Shown here: one piece after another, positions 23,871 through 36,500 of the stretch
Layout: each line of letters begins with the position of its first letter
Numbering within the stretch: position 1 is the first letter of the stretch
The notes under the pieces: generated by a model
The model's input: the letters and a program-made list of their open reading frames with translations, nothing else
The model's database searches: none
Told to the model about the DNA's origin: nothing
Assembly: GCA_013265495.1 (NCBI GenBank)
Contig: MU057887.1
Span: forward strand, 11,985 to 75,984
DNA: 64,000 bases
Direction: 5' to 3'
From: Vicugna vicugna
Lineage: Eukaryota
Made by a program: the position numbers and the translations under genes

Positions 23871-25962
23871 TTGAGCGCTCCCCTTTAGCCCTCTCTCAAC
23901 TGAGAATTCTTCCTGCAGTGCCCCCTGCCTGCGACACTGGCTCTCTCTCCACCTGGCTTTGGCTCAGGCATTTCACACATCTGCTAAGACTGCCTGTGTC
24001 TTTAAGTTTTATTGTCTTCAACACACTTCGACCAAAATATTCACTCCATTTCTCTCCTCCTTCCTAAATGATATACGTTCCCTCACTGACTCAAGCCCAG
24101 CAGTGGGGGCTGGGAGTTAGCCAGCCGTTAAGTCAGGTCCCTGGACCACAGCCCCGAGGGGAGAGGATGCTGGGCTCCAGGGAGGAGGGCTGCCGGGACT
24201 GGGCCAAGCCTGGGGCACGCAGCAGCCTCCTACAACCCCCACCCCCTTGCACAGGCTCTGTGCCCATGTTGGGGAGACTGCTACCCCATTCTACAGCTGA
24301 GAAAAGTGAGGCTTAGAGAAATCCCAGACATGGTGTCCCAGAGAACATTGGTCAGCCCCTCAGGTTCAGCTGCTGTCACCCCACCCCTGAGAAGCCCGCA
24401 GCTGGGACGCTCCTGGTTCCATCACCGATCCCTGCCCCCTCCTCGCGCCCGAGGCTGTGGTTCTGGACCCTCGGGGAGCAGGGATTGGCAGAGGGCCCTG
24501 TGCACAGACACCCCTCCCCCATGAGGGTCTCACCACTCCCATGTCTCCTCCAGGTGGCTGGACACTGCCCAGCACTGTCTTCTGCTGCATCGGGGCAGGG
24601 ATGAGGGGTGGGGGGCGAAGAGAGGTAGATATTTCAGGCCCTGGGGGCAGGGAAGGGAGTATGGGAGGCTTGAGAACACAGCGCTTCGCTCTGATTACTT
24701 TATTTACTCCTCATGACCACCCTATGGGTGGAAGGCTCACGCATGGCCACGGTCCACATGCTCCCTGGGCTGGACATGGGCCAGGCACTCATTTCACCCC
24801 CATTTCAAAGACTAGGCAACTGAGGCTCCCTGAGGAGGGATTAGAACCTGCAGCTTCCACTGTGAGGCCCCAGATCTTTTCACTTAGCCACGCCCCTTCC
24901 TGGCATCAGTTTTTCATCTTCTGCATTGAATGTTTGTCAAAGTATTTCACATCCAATAACCGATCTGGGACAAACTCAGCAACTATGTGGAGTCAGTAAG
25001 GAAGCAAGTGGGAGGCTTTGTGCAAGGGCTGGTGCCACAGCAGCCATCATTCCTGCCCCAGGAGATCTTTTGCTCAAAATTCAGAACATCAGGATCCAAC
25101 AGAGGCCACTAGGTCCAAATCATACGCCTGGAGCTCTGGGGGTCCCAGAGGTGGAGGGAGCAGACAGGGTTCTGGGGCCCCTCTTACAGGAGAACAGCTC
25201 CTCTGAGCCATGCCACCGGTAAGCCAGACACCAACTCATCCCCAGTCCTTCAGCCTCTGGGGGCTCACCTGATGCCCACGCCCACCTAGAAGCAGATTCC
25301 AGCCCCTTCTCAGTCTTGCTGCCCACCCACCCCCTGCCGCCCACCCACCCCCTCCACCTGCACAAAGTACTAGCAAGAGGGAGAGCTCGAGGGAGATCTG
25401 GTGGGGGCCCAGCAGGGGCTCTGTGTTGCCTGCCACTCAGCCACCGGGGGTGCCTCCTTGGGCACCTCGTCCCCCAGCCGCCCTGGGCAGAGCCTCACCA
25501 GGGCGTCATCTTCTGCCTCTTCCTCCTCCCAGTCCTCACCTTGCTGCCTCTCACTGTTCCTTGACTTCCACACTCTTGTCCTTCCAGATCATGCTGAGCC
25601 TTTCACTCAGCTACAGGTCCCTCCCCATGAGGAACTGGGACGGTCAGGACTCTACCTGCAAACTGCCAAGTGAGCCGCCATGGTTCCGTGGATGCCGGCA
25701 AAGACGCGAGATGCCTGAGTCAGAAGCAAAGGATGGCTTACAACTCACCGCAGCAGCAGGAGCCAAGTATCAACATCGTTATGGGCCAGTTCCCCAAGAT
25801 CGATTCCCACAGGACAACGCACCTGTGTGCTCAGTGGTTGCGCTACAGAAGAGGAACCCTGACCTCAGGGAAGCCGAATCTTTCCTGGGAAGAAGTAGAC
25901 ACACCTGCCCTTTGCTCTGGAGGGAGAAAGGAGCCCTCTGTTTCCAGGCTATGCAGTTACAC

Positions 25963-26910
25963 TGTGGTGAATAGCATCCTCCCAAAATTCATGTCCACCT
26001 AGAGCCTGTGAATGTGGTCTTATTTGGAAATAGGTGGAAATGGGGTCTTTGCCAATAAAATCAAGATAAGATGAGGTCATACTGGACTAGGGTGGACCCT
26101 TCATCCAATGTGACTGGTGTTCTTGTAAGAAGGGAGTCTGGACACAGGGGAGACAGCCATGTGAAGACGGAGGCAGAAGCTGGAGGGATGCAGCCACAAG
26201 CCAACGGATACCGAGTGTGGGCAGCCAGCCGTCACCAGCAGCTAGAAGGGGCTCAGAGGGTCCTTCCCTAGAACCTTCAGAGGGCACGTGGCCCTGCTGA
26301 CACCTTGATTTTGGACTTTTAGCTTCCAGAACCGTGAGAGAATAAATTTCTGTTGCTTTAAGCAACCTAGTTTGCGGTAATTTGTTAACTGAGACAGGAA
26401 GGGACGGGGCAGGGCCCAACAACTGAAGGAATGACACAGCAATCGAAGGTAGAACATAAGCTGGTTAGAACCAAGATGGCAGAAGACTCAACTTCCAGTG
26501 GACCTTGAGCCTCATGGCACAGCCACAGGTGCTGCGACAGTTCCCAGGCTGATCGGAAAAGGCCACAAGTGGGCAGGGCCGTATTCCTGGAAATCCCCAC
26601 TCCTTCCCCAACATAGTTGGAATAATCTTCCCACTCAGTAGCATCTGGAATTACCCGGCCCATAAAAACTAACCACGCCTACACCTCGTCACCTGCTCCC
26701 TCTTGCCTTCTGAGACGGCCCACGTTCTGCCAACGGAACGTGTGTCTCCGAGGCTGCCCTCCCTTCTGAGTGAGACGGATCGCACCGTCTACGGAGTGTG
26801 TATCTCGCTTGAACAAACTTGCTTTCACTTCACTATGCCTCGCGCTGGAATTCTTTCCTGTGCAAGGCAAGAAGCTACTCTGCGGCGACAGAACCATGGG
26901 AACTCATACA
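25963..26910 (+). mobile_element. MLT1C-like MaLR solo LTR (25963-26389 plus 26891-26910), interrupted near its 3' end
   Basis: CCCAAAATTCATGTCCACC...AAGATGAGGTCATACTGGACTAGGGTGGACCCT...GGTAATTTGTTA, then the terminal GGAACTCATACA resumes after the insertion. Confidence 0.9.
26390..26890 (+). mobile_element. ERV1 solo LTR, MER41-like
   Basis: TG...CA termini (TGAGACAGGAA...GCGACA), flanks TAAC/GAAC, ACCAAGATGGC, TATA-like CATAAAAA 26661, degenerate polyA AACAAA 26812, and ACTTGCTTTCACTT...AATTCTTTCCTGTGCAAGGCAAGAA as in MER41 U5. Confidence 0.75.
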
Positions 26911-28409
26911 TCACTACACGAAAGCCTTGAAAAGCTAGCCGGGAACAAAGAGCAGCGGTTTTGCTCACAACACGCACAGAAACACGGGGGGCGCTTGGAG
27001 GCTCATCTCCAAGCCGCATGATGCTTTTGGTCATCAGAACCGAAGACCTGCCCATCTTTTCTTGCCCCTGGGGGTCTCACCTCTGCCCCAGTTGGCTCAC
27101 CGTGGCATTTTCCCACTCCTTGTAAAGGAAATTTTTTACTGGCTGGTAAGAAAAATGTTTAATGCTTCTGTCACATCATCGCTTGGACTTCCACCCAAGA
27201 TTGTCTGAAGAAAAGCTTCCATGGATTTCAAATTTTTTAAAGCTGGAACATCTGGGCCCAACGCTCTCAGCTGGCAGCTCAGAGAGGACAGGGGCTCGCC
27301 CAAGGCCAGGAGTGAGTCAGAAGCCGGGTAGTCAGTTCCCCGAACTCCAGCCCCGAGAGCGGCCTCCCGAGTTAGTCCTCAGTTTCCGTTGATCAAAGAG
27401 AGGTCAGAGCAGAAGATGGAGGTTGGGCAGAGCAGGAAGATGCAGACGTCGCTGGGGCCCAGACAGGTCGGGCAGGGCTCACGCCTCTGCCGCTGGGGAC
27501 AAAAGCGTACTTTTAACAAGCGGTATCCTCTGACCACCTCCTCCCCTTGTCTCCTGTCTAACCGCAGAAAGCTCAGCCACATTTCTAACACCCACTCCTC
27601 CCATCCACACCACTTCCTTCAAGATTTCCATCTCAGTCGTAAGTGTTGTCAGGCCAACATGTTACCTAAAAAGCCTTGTCGAAAGGGGCCACTTCTTCAG
27701 TGGCGAGGCAGGGATTTCTTCTTGCTCCCCAGGCTGGCAGGTGCTGCCCAGTGTGTATCTGTGACTCCTGTGCTGGTGGTGCCAGGGACTGCTGGCTCTG
27801 CTTAGCTGGCCCACCCACTCCTTTCACAAAGGATCTGCAGCCAGGATCTGAGTTAATCCCCACGACAAGGTGACGTCTCCTTATTTCACACATAAGGAGC
27901 CAAAGACTCAGAGAGGCAGGTCTACAGACAGAAAGTAGCCATGTCGGTAAAACGAGGGTCAGGGGTTGGGGAGGGAGGGAAAAAGGAAGGGAGGGAATCT
28001 CTAGATGCCCTTTCGAGAGACTAGGCATATCCTAGCACATTAGCTGGTCCTATAAGGGTCTGTATCTTTCATCGTCTTTGAGCAAGTTCACAACTCTGTA
28101 AGTGGTAGAAGACAGATAATAACACAAAGGTTTCTACCAGAAGAGATGCAAGTGAAATTCATCAGGTGGAGGGGCGCTGGGTCTCCTACTCCACTGAAGG
28201 AACCAGTTTTGCATTTATTAGCAAATTCATTTCTGCCTTCCTGATTGCCTACACTGTCTGCTCTTGGCTTTTCCTCTGAATTGATTGCAACATCTTACTG
28301 GTCCCCTCATTCATTAATGAGCTATATACAGTCTTTGGCACATGTTCACTTAATCTTTGTATGAGAGTCATGAGTATGCCCTTCAGACCAGGGGCTCCTA
28401 TCTAGGTCC

Positions 28410-28585
28410 CAGCAGCCCCTCAAATCCCAAGTGTGCCACAGAGTCCCCTGGGGTGAGGCTCCTTCCTACCCAGTCTGCAGCCCCACCCCACACTTCTGAT
28501 TCAGAAAGCTGGGTGGGGCCTGAGAATCTGCATGTCTAACAAGGTCCCCGGGGCTGGGGCTGCAGAATTTGAGGACCACACCTCT
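28410..28585. mobile_element. MER5A-like hAT DNA transposon
   Basis: TTCTGATTCAG...CTGGGTGGGGCCTGAGAATCTGCATGTCTAACAAG. Confidence 0.75.
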
Positions 28586-30056
28586 CCCCTAGGCTGACCT
28601 TGCTTCTTCCAGCTGATTCATCTGGTCCTGCTCTCCTCCCTGGTGTAAGCCCCTCAGCCCCCGGCAGGTCCTCAGAGAGGATTCTGAGGTCCTGTTGTCC
28701 CCACCAGCTCCCACCCCCAGAGGTCCTCTGAGGTGGACAGAGCCCCGAGCCTGGCACTGGCACTCAGGGCCCAGCCTCATATCCAGGGGCTCCCTCTCTC
28801 TCTTGGGATTATGGGGTGGCTGAGAGGCAGACAGTGCTCCTGTTCAGGAATGGAGGACCACGGCAGGGTCCTCACAAGGCCCAGTCCTGGCAGAGGAGGC
28901 GCAGGGGGAGGCCCTCAGAGAGCAGGGCCCGGAGCAGCGCACCAGGAGCAGGAGGCTCACCCGCCACGCTTGCAGCCTCACGTCCCTGAAGCTGCTCCCT
29001 CGGCCTCCAGCTTTAACCCCCTCTTAGCTTCCTGAGCAGACAGCCCTGACTCCCAGGACTGGCTTGGAGGGACCAGTCCCTCCCCCTGCCCATTCAGGTG
29101 GGGGTCAGGGCCCCAGAACTCAAGCTGCATTCCCCTCTGAAACTCTCCCCATTGGCTTCTGCTGGTGGCTACGAGGCTGTTCCCACCTGAGTCCACTTTT
29201 CCAGTCGCTATGTGCCCAGGAAGGACACAGAGGCCCCAACGTCCAGCCCCTGTAGGCCGAGTCTGCATGGCTCTCTGGGCTTCTTGGTTTCCACACAATC
29301 CTCCCAGATCCCTCCCCTCCCACAGTCATGGAGACCCAACCTCAAGGAGGCGAGTGACTGGCCCCAGGCCACACCGAGGAGGACTGGCAGAGGAGAAACA
29401 GACTCCCAGGGGTACCAGGAGCTGCCGAGACACATGCCAGCAGACAGACGGGCACAGTGACCGTGCAAAGCCTCTGGCAGCCCAGGCGCTGGACCCCCCA
29501 GCAAAGCCGCTGGGCTGGTCCTTCCGTCTCCAAGAGAACGTGTGTCCGCTGCTTGGGGACAGGCGCTGCGCCGAGAGGATGCTGGAGAGACTGGAGCCAA
29601 GAAAGGATGGAGGCAGAAAAGGAAGGTCCCCAGAAGGAAACGCTGCCCACGTAAAGCCACAGGAAGTTCTTCAAGTGCTAAATAAGGTGGATGTTATTTG
29701 AATTAGAAAAAGAATATGTAAACCTTTGCTCAGGTGTTCAAAATAAAGTAACATTACGTGAAATAACGCAAAGTGAATAAAGCATTCAGAGTGCTACCGG
29801 CTGGGCTTGGATGAAGGAGTTTCTATCACCTTGAAGAAGCCGAAGCCCCTCCCCACCACGGAGAGCATCTCAGAAAACGGGGCTCTAGGGCGGTCCGTGG
29901 GCATCTCAGACAAGCCCCTAGGCTCTGTGCCATGAGCCCGAGCTCACGCAGCACTAGGCCCGCACCCAGGCTGTCTCACTGGGTTTCTCCACGGTGGTGC
30001 CCTGCCCAGGCCTCCCACCGTCCTGTTTGCCTCCTTCACAGCTGGGACAGGACTTT

Positions 30057-30359
30057 TGGCCAAGATGGCTTCCTTGAGACAGGCTGCTCTGAGCCGTCTT
30101 CCCCACTAGGCCCCACCTTCGGGCCCTGCCTTCGGCCAGCCCAGCCCGGTTGTAGCAGGAACCACACACCACCACCCCCCGCCCCTGAGGTTAGTTTCCA
30201 TCCACCGACCCTCTAAGCCCGCTACTTGCTTTTAAGTCCTCAGCCATCTGTTGTCTTCAGAGTCGAGCCCAGTCTCTCTCCCCTACTGCAATAGTCTTGA
30301 ATAAACTCTTCCCCTCCGGTTTAACATTTAACAAGTGTCGGAATGATTTCTCTTCAACA
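30057..30359 (+). mobile_element. MER31-like ERV1 solo LTR with internal deletion
   Basis: CAGGCTGCTCTGAGCC...ACTAGGCC, TTTCCATCCACCGACCC, GAGCCCAGTCTCTCTCCCCTACTGCAATAGTCTTGAATAAA...AACAAGTGTC...CAACA. Confidence 0.8.
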
Positions 30360-30639
30360 CTGCCCACTCCCCAACTTCTGCCATTTCGTGAGGCCTGAGA
30401 CAGCGGACATGGAGTGAAGTTCCACGGTCCCGAAGCCTTCGGTCCCTCATGCCCCTGCCCTTCTTGTGCCGCTGACCCAGGTCTCCCTCGTTGTGACAGC
30501 TCAGCTGTAAGAAGCTTGTCTCTGCCTTTGCTTCCTCCCTTAATTCAGCAACTATTCCTTCCTTCCTTGTTCATTCATTCTAAACCTTGGATTCTAAGCA
30601 GCCACATGGGGCAGAGCTCCTGTGTAGTCATCTGGCTTT

Positions 30640-31190
30640 GATCTCCCTGTAATGCCATGAGACCAGTCTGTACAGAGACGTCCATGTGTCTGTCTCTGCC
30701 CAGTGCCTCTGCCTCCTTCCACCAGCAGCACTGCAAATTCTTCTGAGAAACCACCCCTCTCCCACTTACAACTTGTGTGGGTTAGGAGGTGAGGAGAGGG
30801 GCTGAAAATGTCTCCCAGTTCCTGGAATAAGCCAGGGACCTCGGCCTGGTCAGTCATCAAGGTACAGCCCGTGGCCACACTGTGTGGTCCAGGAATGGGT
30901 ATGGGACCCCCACAGGCTGATGACGGCCAGCCCCAGGATTCTTGCTGGAACTCACTCCTCATAGGGTTGCTATGCTGACAGTCTGGAGCTGTTGGCAGCC
31001 TCCTTGCCACCACTAGGAAGGGGTCTGCCTGAAGATGAAGCCGTCATAGAGGAAAGCCCCAATGAGGTCCTTGGAGCCCCTGGATCCAACAGTTCCTGAA
31101 GCCACCTCTCAGTACATCAATTACATGGGCTAATGCATTTCCACGGGTGTGCACGTACGGCAATTTAAGCCATCGTGTAGCTGGATAAAA
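30640..31190 (+). mobile_element. Ancient MaLR LTR (MLT1J/K-like)
   Basis: CTGGAGCTGTTGGCAGCC...GTCTGCCTGAAGATGAAGCC...GAGCCCCTGGATCCAAC..TTCCTGAAGCCA. Confidence 0.55.
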
Positions 31191-32674
31191 CAGGCACTGT
31201 TCAAACCTCTCGCATCATTGTGATCAATTTCATATATTCTTTCTTTGAATTTCATAGCAAGAAATTCTTATCCTCATTTTATCAAAATAGATAAACTGAG
31301 TCTCAGAGAGAAGTCACTCTCTCCAGGTCACACACTAGTTAGTGGCCGCCCCTTCTGGCCAAATCCCCTACACCCACCAGTGCCCTTTCCGCCACAGAAG
31401 TATCTAGAAACTTCCGCTTGACATAAGGATTCATGTGTCCTACTCGAGTCTTAAAGCAAAGCCATGCAGATCACAGCAGACAGCATCCCCTCTCCAGAAT
31501 AATGCCTTTCCCCTCTACTCATTTAGGTTCTGCTACAAGGAGAGGGGGTTTTAAACACGATGGAAAACCTGAAGCAACAAAAGGACACCTCACAATGCCC
31601 CTGTGGCTCACAGATCATCGTCTGCAGTTCCGCCAAATGTGATGGGGCCCTGATATCCATCAGTGAAGGTGGAAAATTCATTTGAGGAAACAATTCTTGT
31701 CTAGGGTTTGATTTAGGGTTTTTGGAAGGTTTTTGATCTGTTTTTGGTTTTGCACTCATTTATTCTTTTTTAAAAAAAGTTGCGCCTGGAACCCATTTGT
31801 TCCAGGACAAGCGTAAGTCGCATAAATGCACATTTAAATGTGCAACTAGCAAGAGCCCCATAACTTTCAGAGGGAAATAAAGGTGAAGTGTAATTATAGA
31901 CCATGTGTGAGCGTGAGAAAGGGGAATTTCATCTTGGATGTCCTCTGACAGGATTGCCACAAGGGGGTCTGGCCCACCCTTGTCCTTTCTGTCCTCTTTC
32001 AGCTATTGATGTGGAGCTGGGCTAACCTCTGCAGCAGGGAGAAGAGTGTGAGCAAAGGCCCAGGGGGGGAGATTGCACAGCATGTGCTCAGCCACCTGCA
32101 GGAATTCCTGGGGGCTGGGGTCGGGGAGGGAGTGGGCACCAGACACACAGGGGCCTAACAGCCAGTCGGAGGGCAGGCTTATCCTGCTTCAGTGGAAAGC
32201 CACTCATAGACTGTGAGCTGGGGAAGGAAGAGTTGGTTTTAGTGCAATCACTGTGGCTGCCTGGAGGAGGTGAGGCTGAAGAGAGGAGGGGAGTGAGGCG
32301 ATAAGGAAGGCTCGAGGGAGAATGCGAACTGGACTGAGTCAAGCCAGGAGCCAAGGATGTGAGAGGCAGCCAGAATGTCAAAGCTGATTAGAAACTTTCA
32401 GTTAGGGTGCTGAATGACATCCTATGTTCATGATTTAAAAAATAGATAAAAATGGAAATGATGTTTCTGTGGGGCTCTCAAGAAAGCTGAGATGTAAGGA
32501 AGCACTGATTAACTGAATTCCAGGGAAGGCTGAACAGAGAGCCAAGCAGCTACTTTGTCTGGAGGGGAAGGGAGGGAGGGGGCGGGGGAGGGGCGGGGAG
32601 CACCTGTCTGGGTGCAGGAGAGCAGAACCAGAGACTGCAGGATGAGGAGAAAGCGCTGAGCCACTGATAACAGC

Positions 32675-33041
32675 GTAGAGAAGGAAGGAAATCTCTTTCC
32701 TTTACCCATCTCAGATTCTCTGGCTGGGCCCTGTAAATTAAATTAACAAGAGAAAAACAAACAGAATTTTATTAACACATGCATTGCACAGGTACACATG
32801 GGTGCACCTAGCCCAGAGGGTGGCCAGAACTTGGGCTTATACACCACCTTGGACTAAAATGAGGAAAAGGGGCTTGGGGCTTCTGGGTAGGGAAGGAAAG
32901 TGATGGGAAAGTGTCCAGGAAAAGTGTGGTAAGCGAGGGCTGTTCAGTCAGGTCTGTATGCAGATTCAGGTAGGTGTCTTCTCCTTTGATAAAGAGTTGT
33001 TAGGAGAACTTCTTTTCCTGGTACTGAAGAGGGAGGCCCCC
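32675..33041 (-). mobile_element. ERV-type LTR fragment
   Basis: AAATTAACAAGAGAAAAACAAACAGAATTTTATTAACACATGCA (reverse polyA signal), GGGCTTATA (reverse TATA), TATGCAGAT; family not determined. Confidence 0.6.
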
Positions 33042-33045
33042 GTAG

Positions 33046-33600
33046 TTTAAGGAAGAACTCATACCAATCTTACAGGAATCCCTTCAGAAACTAGAGGAAG
33101 GAGCATGTCTCAAATTGTTTGAACAAGCTATAATTACCCTGATAAGTAAACTTGGTGAGGATTTTATAAGAAAATTAGAGATCAGTATCACTCATGAACA
33201 CATTTACAAAATCCTCAATACAATTTTAGCAGATCGAATCCAGCAATATATACAAAGGATAATGAATTGTGACAAAGCAGGCTTTTTTCCAGAAATGCAA
33301 GGTTGGTTTAATCTTCAAAATCAGTGATTCACATCCTTTCAAAGGATTTTTTTTAAAAATCATGATTTCAATAGATGCAAAAAAGCATGTGATCAAATTC
33401 ATTCACGATTTTTTTAAATGTTTTTAATTTTTAGCAGTATAGGAATAGAAGGGAACTTGAACCAGATAAAGAAATTGCAAGGAAATCTATAGCTAACCTC
33501 ACAGGGGAAGAAGGGAGAATGAAGCTTTGCCCAGAAGGCCAGGAAGGAGACAGATGTCCACCGTCCCCACTTCTATTCCACCTGTCCCAGAGGCTCTAGC
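33046..33600 (+). mobile_element. Decayed L1 ORF2 reverse-transcriptase region
   Basis: ORF 33115-33327 (FEQAIITLISK...KILNTILADRIQQYIQRIMNCDKAGFFPEMQGWFN) resembles the L1 RT domain; followed by ATTTCAATAGATGCAAAAAAGCATGTGA; disrupted. Confidence 0.9.
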
Positions 33601-35536
33601 TATCTCTATTTGCCAGCAGTGTGACGGCCCACGTGAGAATACTACCTACCGAACCTGCAAAACGCCCCAGGCCCCTCCTCAGGGAGGGAGGGATGGTCCT
33701 TGCATTGAGTGAGGGGGTCCAGGAATGCTGAACCGGAGGGGAGGGCTCCAGGCACTGTTTCTGCTGAGTTATTTCAAGTCAAATCGGGCCTGGGTTTCCT
33801 GCAGAGGCCAGGCTTGCTCTCTTTGGGAAATCGGAAAGCAGCAATTGAAGACAGATTCTCGGCGGCACTGCGGGGCGGCACTAATCCCACTCCCTGAGCC
33901 CGGCTGCTCGGGCCAAGTGCGGGGGGCTGGCTGCCAGCACACAGAGCGCGCATCGGAGGGACGTGGGGACCAGGGCTGACTGCGCGTGAAAGGCCTCAGC
34001 CCAGACCCTCTCATTCCCAAGTTACAGCCCTCGGGGGAGGGGAGGGGCAGTTGTGTGGCCAGAGCCACTCCCACCAGGAAGGGTGAGCCAGCGGGTCTCG
34101 GGTCTCGGGAGGGGATATCTGGCCCACAGGGCTGGCAGGCTGGGTGAGCTGAACCCACCCTCTTAGGCACCCTGTCTTGGCCCAGCACCTGGACCTGAGT
34201 CCCAGAGCCTCATAGGCAGGCACGAGGCCTGGAGCACTTAGCCACAGGCTCTGTGTCCCGGGATGCCAGCCTGCAGGGTGAGCGCTGGTCCCGGAATCCT
34301 GGGCCTGGTCTGTCCTCCGTGGGAACCTTCCACTGGTCTCCCAGGAGGGGGGTAGATGCCTCCAGCTCCAGCTCCCAGGGCCCTTTCTGGGCTTCCAGTA
34401 TGACAGTCCTCTGCCATCAAGTGACAGAATGGGTTTCTGGGTCTGGTCCCCCTACTGCCACCTCGGAGCTCCCTGGGCTCCCATTGGTTCTAGGCCCAAA
34501 CTCAGAGCCTAGCGTGCCCAAGGCACGTGCAAAACACTCCTTGAACTGAACCAGACTCAGCCCCTGTGGCCGGAGGCTGGGGGCCCGGGCCAGCACTGAA
34601 GGCAGAGGGGTGCCTGGTTTTCAGCTGGGACAAGGGCTGGGGCACACAAGCCTAGTGCTGGAGCCGGAACGGGTGGGTGGAGACAGGAGCCTGCCCCCGG
34701 CCCCAGCCCACCCTGGCAAGAGCTGGGCCACCTCTCCCAGCCAGCCTGGCCCTGTCACCACGGGAATATCAGCAGCAGATGGTCTGCTGGTCAGTTGGCA
34801 CAGGCACCAGCCTGGCTGCCACCTCCCACATCCTGCCACATCCTGTCCTGCCCTCTCCCTCTTGGTCTGAGGGTCTGAAGGAGGGGGCTGTTTCATGGTG
34901 GCCCAAGGAGAGGCTCCCCATTGCCAAAGCCCTCTGTGGGGAATAGGGAGGGTGGATCTCTTGTTGCCTAGATGGAGGACGTGCCTAGGAGCCCTGGATG
35001 CTTGGAAGAGGGGGTTAGAAGAAACTTCAGGGCACTGAGCCTGTGCTGGGCGTGCTGGGTGATGGGCGCGGGTGGGTATGAAGATGCAAGCTTTGCTCTG
35101 GACTGGATGCTGTCAGGAATGCGGGGTGATTCCGTGATCAGGTATCTTAGTAAACCTTGTTGACAGGGAGGGGAGCCTGGAGTGAGAGTCTCTCCTGCAG
35201 CCGAGCAGAGGCGGGGTCTGGTCATTTTGTGGCCCAGACACCACTCAGGCTGTCCCCTGTGTTCAGTGGTCACCAGGCCAGGGGCCGCGGTTTTCTCCCA
35301 GGTCAGCCTTGTTGGTGTCCTGTACAATGCTTGGTATTAAATGGGAGGACAAGCTCTTTGTTCTGAAAAGGGAAGGGGTCCCCGTCATGTTTAGCCCTCA
35401 GACCTGGGCCCTTCGAGGAGAAGAACTCAAAATCCCCCAAAAGCCAGACACACAGACTTTAAACCAGGGGGTCCTGGGTTGGATCACAGGCTCTGTCATT
35501 ACTCATGGCATGGTCCTGGGTGGGTATTTTTTTGAA

Positions 35537-36500
35537 GACTTTATTTTTTTTTTTTTTTGGAAGAGTTTTAGGTTTACAGCAAAATTGAGAGGGAGGTACA
35601 GAGATTTGCCCCCCCCCTCATTGCATAACTTCCCCATTATCAACATCACATACCAGAGTGGTACATCGTTTACAACTGCTGACCCTATTGGACACATCAT
35701 TACCACTCAAAGTCCTCAGTTGACATCAGGGTTCATTCCTGGACATTCTATGGGTTTTGACAAATGTATAATGACATATACCCATGACAGTATCACATGA
35801 GAAGTTTCTCTGCCCTAAAAATCCTCTGTGCTCCACCTTTTCATCCTTCCCTGCCCTCCAACCCCTGGCAACCACTGCTCTTACCCGCTCCATAGTTCTG
35901 CCTTTTCCAAAATGTCATAGAGTTGGACTCCCACTGTTTGTAGCCTCTTCAGATTGGCTTTTTCCACTTAGTAATGTGCATTTAAGTTTCCTCCACGACT
36001 TGATGGCTTAATAGCACATTTCTTTTTAGCACTGAATAATATTCCTCCATATGACTGTACCAGTTTATCCAGTCACTTACTAAAGGACACCTTGGTTGGT
36101 TCCAAGTTTTAGCAATTATATGATAAAGCTGCTATAAACACTCCTGCACAGGTTTTGTGTGGAAGTCAGTTTCAGCTCCTTTGGGTAAACAGCAAGGACA
36201 GTGATTGCTGGATTGCATGGTAAGAGGATGTTTAGTTTTGTAAGAAACCACCAAACTCTCCTCAAAAGTGTCTGCACCATTTTGCATTCCCACCTGCAGT
36301 GAATGAGAGTTCCTGTTGCTCCACATTTTTGCCAGCATTTGGTGTTGTCAGCGCTCTGGATTTGGGCCATTCTAATAAGTGTGTAATGGTATCTCATTAT
36401 TGTTTTAATTTGCATGGCGCTAATAACATTAGATGCAAAGTATCTTTTAATATGCTTATTTGCCTTTTGTGTATCTTCTTTGGTGAGGTGTCTATTAAGA
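35537..36500 (-). mobile_element. L1 ORF2 end and complete 3' UTR (L1MC1-like)
   Basis: TTTTAGGTTTACAGCAAAATTGAG...CCCTAAAAATCCTCTGTGCTCC...; minus-strand ORF RHLTKEDTQKANKHIKR...MQIKTIMRYHYT is the L1 ORF2 C-terminus. Confidence 0.9.

Larger units (their letters stand above)
25664..27018 (-). mobile_element. MER73/MER74/LTR53-like ERVL LTR, split by nested insertions (pieces 25664-25962 and 26911-27018)
   Basis: GGATGCCGGCAAAGACGCGAGATGCCTGAGTCAGAAGCAAAGGA on the left; CCTTGAAAAGCTAGCCGGGAACAAAG...CAGAAACACG on the right. Confidence 0.65.

Noticed and set aside
29165..29701. 178-aa ORF with a more protein-like C-terminus
   Set aside because: Starts at GTG and has no recognisable homology or exon structure; a tBLASTn/PhyloCSF check would be needed.
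31700..31750. Interstitial telomeric repeat (CTAGGG/TTAGGG)
   Set aside because: Only one or two non-tandem hexamers in a T-rich tract.
33115..33327. Functional reverse transcriptase or retron-like system
   Set aside because: It is a short, disrupted fragment of L1 ORF2 with no intact catalytic region.
15345..36500. Inverted pair of L1MC1-like copies as a structural element
   Set aside because: Two independent, diverged old insertions about 20 kb apart; common by chance.
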